Assembly: GCF_963853765.1 (NCBI RefSeq)
Contig: NC_088855.1
Coordinates: forward strand, 14,446,001 to 14,510,000
Source of the DNA: Magallana gigas
Taxonomy: Eukaryota
Direction: 5' to 3'
DNA length: 64,000 nt
Below the pieces are notes generated by a model. That model was not told the origin of the DNA. It saw only the letters and a list, made by a program, of their open reading frames with translations, and searched no databases. Of the stretch, positions 26,001-36,200 are shown piece after piece; positions within the stretch are counted from its first letter, which is position 1, and every line of letters starts with the position of its first letter. The position numbers and the translations under genes were made by a program.

Positions 26001-27086
26001 ATAGGTTTGTGATAAACCTTTGCTTTTCTTGAAAGCTTATAAAATTGTCGATTTATCCATATACAGTTCGCTATTTTTCTTCTATCATTAAGACCATGGA
26101 CTTTCGGTAGGACATAACAAGCTATTTCTTTAAAAGATAAAAATGGCGCTGGTTTCAAGCGAAATATGCACCGATTGCGTAGTCTTAGCTCAAAAGCCAG
26201 ATCTATCTTGTTGATTTCAAAGAGCCAAGGCCCATGGCTGAGTGGCTAGCAATGAATTAGACAGGCCTACGTCACATTGCTGTTTGACACAACTATTAAA
26301 AGTCCAAGCTCTTGTTTAAATAGTTATGAGAAAAATATTGAAAAGCGTTTTCCTGCAAAGAGGTCAGCGAGCATATTAAATAAAAAACGTACACTGCATT
26401 ATTTTATAACGCAGGCATGTACTGGCGTAGCAGATACCTTTTTCTCGTAACAAACATTTTTCAATTTACATACTATAGTATAGAAAATATAAAGTTGAAC
26501 GAGTGGGTTGGTTGATGGTTGAAATTTATACAAAAACAATACCCCTCCCCCCCCCCCCACGGATAAGGATTTTGGGGAATGGGGGGGGGGTGAGGGTTGT
26601 CGATAGCCCCCCCCCCCCCCCTCCCCAATTTTAAAAAACGATGCTACGGGCCTATAATGTACGATATTTTCTTTTAAATTCTTGTATATTTGATAGCTAA
26701 TATATTGCTGATGATCTTTCAAAGGTAGTTTCATTTGTTGAATTTTGTACATTGCATAGCAACATTTCAAATTTCCGAAAACAAGAAAGGCGAGGTGATT
26801 CGACTGTACAAGAGCAAGTCGAATCCACTTTGAAGTTTTTCAAGACAATGACGACAACTTGAAGGACAGACAACGGACTTATTTCAATCAAAAATTCTTG
26901 TTTGAGCCTTTGGTTCAGGTGAGCTGAAAAAAAAACCATAAGCCAAATTGTACTTTTGTTTCTAATATTAATCACAATAAATCTGTCCAATTTCGAACAG
27001 TTTTCTGTACAACTTGTGTGTCTATACATGCTATGGAAAGATTAAAAAAGTAAATTCGTTTGATTTTCCGGAGCCTCGATCATATT

Positions 27087-29850
27087 TCATGATCGAACAC
27101 TGTCTAATAATGTCATATCTACGTAAGATGGGTTGTCGATGTCAATACATTCCCGTGGTATCGGCTCCAGGTATGTGTGTGTGGATTTACCGACTGATTC
27201 CTTCCTCCCTTTGTCGTCTGATCGTCTTAAACGGGGGTCAGCAGAGAGATCGTGATACGGTGCAGAACTATTGATGTTGTTTCTGCTTGTGTCTACCACA
27301 CGGCCCACATTTTGCTGACAACTTGCATTGTACAGTTTTAATTCCTGTTCACTTTGTTGTAAATTATTCATTGATTTGCCTGGAGTGCTTTCTCGCCTTC
27401 TCTTGAATATGAAGAGACAGACTAGTCCCATATTTACCAGAAGGCTAACCCCGAGGGTACATCCAAGTATTTTCACGACAGACACCAACCAGGGCGCGTC
27501 AGTTGTATTGAGGTTTGTCCCAGCGACTGTTGTACCTACATATATTGGCGTCGCGGGAGTTGAAACATTAGAATTGAGTTGCTTTTTTGAAGAACTTTGA
27601 GTTGTTTGTGTGACAATTATTCTACCTAGAAACAAAAGGAAAGAATATAATATATATACTTCTGATTTATTGATTCTGAATATATGGAATACTAGTATAT
27701 ATGGAATTTGAGTTCCTTTGACGACAATTTGAACGTACTTTGACTTTTTGATCAAATATATACATTCTATCAACAAAACAAGAGGACATTTTTCATTTTC
27801 CGAGTATCATTTGCAAGTGCTTCCGTTAGTCTCTTTGACTGAAGTGGCTCTTCTACAACACAGAACGCCCCTACTTAATTCTTTACTGAACGATATGTCA
27901 GACAATTTCCACTCATTATTGTGATTTTCCCCAAAAGTAAATTAAAAACCTTTTTGAAACAGAAGAGATATTTTTTCCTTACATATGCAATGTTTTCTTT
28001 TTTACTACAGCAAAGACATATATTTCCCTTCTTGTGTTAGCTTTGGGGCGTCTTGGATTTTATGCAAAGGAATAAGATGCATTACAAAAATCTAACCATT
28101 GTTCTGGCATCCTAGAGCAGGATGGCAATCGGCCTTGGAACAGTTGTTTGGGTAGTCCGTGCAAGAGGAACCGCATAACGCCCCATACCATGGGTAAACA
28201 CACTCCGTGTTGCACTTATCTCCAAAAAATCCCAGCGGACACACTGTATAAGAGGATAATCTTATAACAGGAACACAATTTTTCATTAACGAAATCCTGT
28301 ATATTAAACCCTGTGGTTTTCATTATATTTCGTTATTTTTAAGTGATAACAATCGTTTAGTATGAATTTTAACGCGCTTGTCATTTTTACTATCCTTCAA
28401 CTTGATCCTTGTAATGTTTTCAATGTATGGTTTGGTTGTTGGTTTTTTTGTTTTTGTTTTTTTTTTTTGGGGGGGGGGGGGGGGGCTGTTGTTTTTTTCT
28501 ACATCATTCAAGAAAAATATCAATGACAAAACTTTGACTTTACATCAGTTATTATTTCCGTAATTTTGATCGCTTTATCCATATATATCCTGAGCGTACA
28601 GTGAGTATATATATGAGAAAACTAGAGCGGATGCGTATATTTTTGCCTGATCAACATATAATATAGATTACTAACACTCTTAATAAAGTAAACAGTGAGT
28701 TACTTCCTTGATCCCTAGTACAATGGTATTCCTGTAAAAGAATATTAAAACATGACACTTTTTACGCTAATATACGGTAATACGTATAAAGAACTATCAT
28801 TGCCTTAATTAACTTCAATTATGTTGGAAGTGCTACTTACAATTTTACAACAACTAGGTTTTTTAAAAGATCTTCTACATAGAAAAGACCATGGGTTATA
28901 AAGGTCAACTTGGTATGCTAGCAATACAGTCCTATGATCGATCAATTATGGGTAAATCTCTCCCGTTCTGCCATTATATTGGATCAGACAGTTTGCACGA
29001 ATAACAGTGTATGGGTTCATGTGAAGATCTACAAATTTTCACCATTTTTGATACTTTAAAAAATGGAATTGAAGAGTGTGATAATGGTATGCTTCATAAT
29101 TGTAAATGTCGCTCTGTACTCCGATCAAGTATTCTTTACTTAGAGACGAGAGTAGGGAACCTTTGAACATAAAAACTTCACATAAATGGCCAAATTTTAG
29201 TAGAGGCAACAACACTCGTAATAACTATATACTTTGTCGATTGGCTGGATGTCCAGCAGACGAAAAGAGAGCTATAAAGAATAATCTTAGAATTAGCGTT
29301 TCCCTTCCCTATCGGGATCTAGACACAAAATTGATCAAAAGTGGCTGAGTAGCCATGTTTCAAAGTCATGACCGACGCACGAGGGATCACACATGTCGAT
29401 GGAAAAAATAACAGTAAGTATTCTGAGACACACTGGTGGCCGAAAAATTCATGTTATATTGAATTAAAAAATATCAATTATTGATATAATAATTACATAT
29501 TTTTTCTACCTGAAGCCACAAAATCTAATAGTGACATGTATGGATCTTTGATGATTACAGTATGAGTGTGTTTAATCAATTTACCTTTGCATATTCCCTC
29601 CAAAAGGTGGTAATTTTGACAGCATTTACTGAAATTAAAATACGATAATTTTATAGTCCAAATAAATTAAACAGCAAAAAAGTTTTAAAATTTAGACAGA
29701 AGATACTCATTTCCTTTGTCTTCTTAAACATAACTAAATCATCACTAACCTGCAGATTCCGTCGACGTCTATATCCCCGCAGCATCCAGAGTCATTCTGT
29801 GCCCAACACAATTCAAGCGCGAAACACAACAACCAGACATACCTCTGCAT
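27087..29850 (-). CDS. Receptor paralog R4: type I membrane protein, miniature MEGF10/Draper-like (about 276 aa)
   Basis: Exons 29850-29750, 29628-29585, 28243-28097, 27625-27087 total 831 nt and give an open frame: MQRYVWLLCFALELCWAQNDSGCCGDIDVDGICSKCCQNYHLLEGICKVCPLGFFGDKC...HPALGC, TM, KRRR, and a tail with PYHDL, TYLEPI and NPSYVDM. No separate stalk exon was resolved. Confidence 0.85.
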
Positions 29851-30188
29851 CTCTGCAGTGAAAAATTTTAACAACGTAGTGATAAATACATATTATACTT
29901 TGATGAGTAAAGCGTTATTGTGACTTTTAGCAATATGATTTATACGGATATAGGGTGAATTAATTTGTGGTGAGTGTGTGTGTATTCGCAAAGCCCGTGT
30001 TTATATATTTCGAATTGTCTTGTGATTCTGCTTCAACCATTAAAAAAAAGCTAATCTTTACACTTGAACTGTATTTGTTGCAAAGACATACAAACGGTTC
30101 TGTATGTTTCATGCGTATTGTGGCGTAGTTTTGCCATCACTTGTAAGATTTTTATGTCGACTTGTCCGATATATTTATGTCGACTTAT

Positions 30189-30598
30189 CATAATATAAAT
30201 AGTGCCTGTTTTGAAGGGTAAGAGTTGAAATTGATACCCCAAGAAAACCATTGTCAACCGACGCGAAGCGTCGGTATAAAATGGTTTTTGAGGGGTGTCA
30301 ATTTCAACTCTTGCCCTCCCAAACAGGCACGCTATTATACTGAAAGTCTAAATTTTATAGAAAACTTTACTGCTTTTGCAGAGGAATGATGTGAATTCTA
30401 TGGTGAACCGTACGCGTATAATTTCCGCGCATGTAACAATTCGTTGTGTTACCCGTTGCCAAGTGTGTTGCTAACGCTAAGGGTAATAGAACGGATTATC
30501 AACTACGTCTAAACCAATCAGATTCAATATTTAACAATGGTTGTCTCGGGGTGTCAATTTCAACAGTTACCCTCCCAAACAGGCACTATTTATATAAT
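30189..30598. mobile_element. Palindromic non-autonomous element with a central GCGAAGC hairpin (copy 1)
   Basis: Inverted arms of about 75 bp (30189-30265 vs 30269-30338) around a GAA loop, and a third arm copy at about 30549-30598. Ends cataatataaatagtgcctgtt / aacaggcactatttatataatg. Confidence 0.75.
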
Positions 30599-31309
30599 GT
30601 TACCTTACTTGAAATATTCCATTTTAGAAAACTACACGGTAAGTCATAAAAAGCCTTTTACATCTAGACGTGTTATCATAACAAAAATACTTTTAAAATT
30701 ATCTATCCACTTTACATCGTCATTATATTAATACATAGAGTTTTCATTTATCCTTATGAGGTTGACTAGCTACATTAAGAATACGAACTTCACAGACTGC
30801 ACGGGCTAACGTCGAACGTCAAGGATGTCGAAATCGTAGTTTTGTATGAAGTTATGGAAGATGGAATGGTGGCGGTTCCTTCGACGTAACATGCTGATCG
30901 AAAATGTATAACGACAATTAACGAGCTTTTACTCACTTCATAAGAATACTATTTATATTTTTTAACAGATACAGATGTATTCCTAAATAGCAAAGTGCTG
31001 TCTTTTGTGTTTCATTTGGGCTATGAATTGAAGGTAGCGATCATAACAGAAAAAATTGCTATCTTTTATCCGTAAGGGAAATCAATAAAGTATTACATTG
31101 TTGACGAAACACAATCAGAAATCTTAAGAAAAATTTAAATAAAATATTCAATGGATGTAAAATATATTCTCAAAAAAACAACAACAATAGGCGGTTAAAG
31201 TTGGTTAAAATAATCAGGAAAAATACATAACCCGCGTCAGTGGGTTATGTAAATGTTTCCTGCAATGATCGCTACCTTCATAACCCGCATGAATCATCAA
31301 ACAAAGTAT

Positions 31310-32163
31310 TTTATTGTTTATTTTAACATCTTTCTTAAACTTATCAATAAATTGATTATGAAAAGTTAGTAAAATTCACTAAATTACTGTTAATGTACAA
31401 AAGTACGTTAGCTAAAAGAAACAGCCAAATCGTCTCCTGTGAGACCGAGTCTGGCATCATCATGATTATTTCGTGCAGTCCGTGATTTTACTTAGGTCGC
31501 TGTATATTCAGACCAATCGATAAACAGGGCGTGTCAATTTCAGTCTTGTCACTTTCAGCCGCTGTAGATTTCGACCAATCGATAAATGGGGCTTCTAAAT
31601 TTCAGTCTGGCTGTTTATATGGAGCTATGAATTAACTATAACTTTCCGTAAGAAATAGAGAAAATTATACTTGGTAGATGTAAATATTTAAACAGTAAAA
31701 TGCTTAATTTGGTGATTCATTCGGGATATGAAGGTAGCGAAATTGCAGAAAAAATACAAAACCAGCGTTAGCATTTTATTGTTATGTTAACATCTTTCTT
31801 TAAACTGATTGATAAATTGATTATGAAAAGTTAGTAAAATTCACTAAATTAATGTAAATGTACACAAGTGCGTTAGCTAAAAGAAACAGCCAAATCGTCT
31901 CCTGTGAGACTTTGAGTCTGCCATCATCATGATTATTTCGTGCAGTCCGTGATTTTTTAGGTCGCTATAAAGGCTTAATTCGACCAATCATAAACGGGGA
32001 GTGTCCTATGCCTGTTAGTTTCTTGTCAGTTTCAGCCGCTGTAGATTTCGACCAATCGATAAATGGGGGTTGTAAATTTCAGTCTGGCTGTTTTTATAGA
32101 GCTATGAATTAACTGTAAGTTTCCGTAAGAAATAGAGGAACTAATACTTGGTAGATGTAAATA
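31310..32163. repeat. Two-copy tandem duplication (period about 465 bp) within a larger dispersed repeat
   Basis: 31310-31690 matches 31774-32163 (aaattgattatgaaaagttagtaaaattcact...aaagaaacagccaaatcgtctcctgtgagac...acttggtagatgtaaatat). Confidence 0.8.
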
Positions 32164-33288
32164 TAATACGATATTTTACGTATTTTCATGCACTTTATAT
32201 GATTAAGTCTAAAAATAATTGTATGAAAACAGCAACAACAGAGAATGCGATTCCTTTTCATTTCAAAGTAGATGAAGCAATGCGAGTAACTTTCCAGCAC
32301 TGCCCGGAACCAAAGTTCGGGCCACCTTGTATACATTATAGGCGAGCAACTACAAGAACCTTTATAAACTTCTTGTGTTAATGTTTTGAGTGACGTCTGC
32401 TTAAAACTCGATTGCAGTTACCCTTGTAACTTGGTGGTCAAATGTTGTTAGAAATTGTTTGTTCTGAAGATTCTCGACTGTGAAACTTAACAAGGATCAA
32501 ACCTCGCATGGCTTACCCGAGACATTTGTGAAGCCTTTCCTACAATTAGTTTATTTTCTTGTCTCCGCCCTCACTTAAGGTTCAGGTTCGCCCTCACTTA
32601 AGGTTCAGGTTTTTTTATTCAAAGCTTCCTTTAGAGATTCAAAATTGAAATCATCTTTAAAGTCATCAATTTTTTCCTTTAAATCAGACCCAAGCAAAGA
32701 TAAGTGTTTTTTAATGTTACAAATGCTCTCATTTTTAGTTTCAGATATGATATTTAAAGCAAATTTCTTTCATTGCTTATAACTTTTGCATTTTAACAAG
32801 CAAAGAAGGTTTACAATATATGATTTCTCCCTCTTGGATTCATACAAAGGTAAAGTACTATTAAATAATAATTTTCTGAGAATAATGTGTACAATATTCA
32901 AAATAAATTTACTTGCTAACATCTGTAATCTGGTCGTTCAAAATGGGGGCTAAATAAACTTGTCTATCACAAACAAGGCCAATACAATGTTGATAATTCT
33001 TTTATTGAATGTACATTGTAGATGTAATAGTATATATATATAGATCAAGAACAACAATTTGGCACAAGGAAACTACACCATAAAATAAATGTCTATTTGA
33101 AATAATTTTAAATTTTAACAGGTTTTCAATTAAATTCAAATTTTATAATAACAATTGTATAGTTTGACAAATTTTGCAGATATTTTAAAAATTTAAAACT
33201 GAGGGGGGTAAAATTAACTGCTGATAATTCAAGCAAGAAACCAGCCTAAATCATAACTCGCACAACCATAATGTTCTTGGAGATAGCC

Positions 33289-36200
33289 CTAATAATTCAT
33301 TTTCCTCATGCGAATAAGTTTAGGGTTGATGCCTAGTTTAATGGACCTCATGGCCATAGCCCTGTTAAAATGTCGTTGGGTCTTTACCTCTCCTGGGTCA
33401 TCGAAACTGGCCTCTATGGAAGTAATGACACCAAATATAACCCCTAACACAAGAAACAAAATAATGAAGAGCGTATACTGAGTCACTGTAGGACTAGGCG
33501 TTCCTTCCATTTCCCTGAGATGAGCTTTCGCTGGCTGAAAACCTGGATTGAGGTCAAGGGCATGTGTAAAATGTAGGGCAGCTTCCTGGTAGTGACCATA
33601 AGCCTTCAAGATTTCGCCCAGCGTAAAATGTTGTAGCCAGGTGTTCTGGGTGGAGGTCTGCATGACTAGAGAGCGTCTCGTCAGAAATATTGCATCGTCT
33701 AAATACTGGAGATTGAATAGTACCCGTGCCATATTCAGTAAAACTTCTGGATTGTTTGGCGATATTGACAGTGCTTTTCTGAAGCATTCTATAGAGTTTT
33801 GTGTGTTTCCTTTAATTCTCCAAAAATTACCAATCTGGTTGTAAACATGAGCTGAATTAGGATCCTGAAAATACATGTATAAAGGAATCAATGCATTATC
33901 CATCATGCATTTGAATCATGACAATAGTGTTACCGGTATATCCAGTATTTTAAGAAAAACTTATGTAAATCATACACAAGAAAAATCTTTAATATCATTT
34001 TTAAAGGGGCATGGTCACGATTTTGGTCAAATTTTATTTTTATGTTTTTATTATTTACAATGCTTTATCAATGCATTTCTAATGATCAAATAAAATTTGA
34101 GAGTCAGTCTTAAAGTTATAAGCAAGATACAGTGCTCACAATTCTTTGTCATGTAAACAAGACTCTAGCCCTGTTTTTGTTTACATGGGATCAATATGCA
34201 AGTAAAAAATCTTTTTCCAGCTAATTTTTCTATTTTTTATTTATCTTAAGCATTAATAAATAGTTCCTAACATTTAAAACATTTGTTTTAAATTTAAAAC
34301 TGAAATTTTTCTTCAACGTTCAAAATGTAAACAAACGCTTTGTTTATATTGCGAAGAATTTCAAGCTCTGTAACATGCTTACAACTCAACAAATGACAAT
34401 CAAATTTTGGTTGCCTATTAAAAATGCTTTTCTGAGGAATTGTAAAATATTAAAATCGGAAAAATAATTTTTGACCAAAATCGTGACCATCCCCTTTAAG
34501 GTAAACATGATAAAGAAAGATGCATTAAATTTGACACCTTCAAAAAAATTTCATGTGAAAAAATCTTTGCCACTTCAAAACTTTCATCTAAAACTGATGC
34601 ATCAGTTGAACTGCTGCCTCATTGATCAATATTTTCACTAGCTTGCAGCAATCCATCCTAAAGTTAAGGATTACTACTTGTATAGGAAAGCTACTTACAT
34701 CTTTTTTCATCTTTTTAAGCTTTTCTTCCAGTTCATTGATATCGACATGGGAGTTCTTGCTGCCTTTTTTCTTGAATATGAGTGCAACCTCTGGCTCAGG
34801 AATGTGTCCATGTTCGTTTCTGTTTGCGATTCCCCTCAAATGGTCATATTGGGTATGATTCACCGGCTTCCCACAACTTAACTCCTTTTTCTTCTTCTGT
34901 GTTTCACTATAAATAATCATAAAATCATAAAGTTGTTCTTTCAATACTATATTCTTTATTCTTAATGATATAAACTGCTTAGCATTTAATGAAAATGACT
35001 TCCATTTGATAAGTATAATGACAGACATTTCTTCATTCCCCTAAACAAGGTATCAAGAATCAAATATGCCACCCTCCACCTCCCAAACCATAAACAATTA
35101 CTTTCTCACAAGATACTGACCGAGGTTTTTGGGAGTTTTTCGGTTTTTTAAATAGATAATTTTATATTAAGCAGGCAATATATTTATATGACTGAAGTAA
35201 TTTATCTCTTGACATTGACCCTCAAGGTATTGTGACCTCCAAATACGGGTTCTGTACTCTTAAGGGGTACCGGTGCACAAAGCTTGATGTCTGTCAAGTA
35301 AACATTATAAGGAGTATCCGGTACTACTACTTATGTATAAAGTATGATTGCTGTCCACCAAATGGTTCTTCTGAAAATGATCATACAACACTAATTGATC
35401 TACCGGATGATGTCCAGAGTAGCTTGACCATTGACCTTTATATATCAAAATGATAGTTCTTCGCTCCTTAAGAGGTATCTGTCAAGTACACAAATGTTGA
35501 TGTCTGTCCAACAATGTGTTATAAAGATATTAAACAAACAATATTCTACTCAATACTACATCCATAGATGTTAATTTGCCCCTTCACCTCCAACCTTGTG
35601 ACAACAAAATCAGTTATTGCTTGGGATCATCTTATTCCTTTTGGGAACCTATGTGCCTAGCTTGGTGCCTGTAAAGCTGAATCTCACGGAGATTATAAGT
35701 AGTTTCATATGCAATGCCAATTGCTGCTGTCAGCATTTCTTTCTGACATTTTTTTAAAACTGCCATGCAAGGACTGCTGTTTGACTGATAATTGAATTAT
35801 GAATCAATGTGTGAATTCATAGATAACAATTACTACATTTATTTCATATCTTAATCTTTGCCACAACAATACTATGCTAGTTACTTTTAAAAATATTTAA
35901 GTTTTAAGTGAGTGATTGACTTAAAAATAGAATGACTGAACTCCTTGATTGAAAAAATAACACTGGCTGTAAAAATCAACTTGACTATTCGATGAAATAT
36001 CATTCTTATCCCTATAGACCTGAGAAATACCATCTGTAACAGTTTGATACAAGCATATAGGTTAATTTCCCATTGTTGCAAACTACAGCCAAGAAGAAAA
36101 ACATTCTCAAATCTGGTAATGACCATTAGTTGCATGAGTAAAGAAGATATCCTAGTTCATTGAAGTTCATTGAAGTATTCATCAATATAAATACGGTACA

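Noticed and set aside
25280-26650. TTAA-AG-starting repeat and a poly-G MITE-like stretch
   Set aside because: Probably decayed DNA-transposon remnants, but I could not identify matching TIR and TSD pairs to define boundaries.
13882-27600. Plus-strand ORFs 13882-14274, 19754-19999 and 27328-27600 that resemble each other
   Set aside because: Antisense shadows of the paralogous TM exons. Their similarity follows from the real minus-strand genes.
27626-27870. 5' part of ORF 27087-27776 (MLIECIYLIKK...) and candidate stalk exons for R4
   Set aside because: The paralog alignment puts the acceptor at 27625, so the upstream part is intron read-through. Candidate acceptors at 27870 and 27852 lack a phase-1 GT donor before a stop.
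32148-32381. ORF containing HCPEPKFGPPC, resembling the start of the receptors' EGF exon (possible fifth paralog on +)
   Set aside because: Only two of the 8 Cys are in register, there is no YPxYG or HPALGC, the acceptor phase is wrong, and no companion exons were found.
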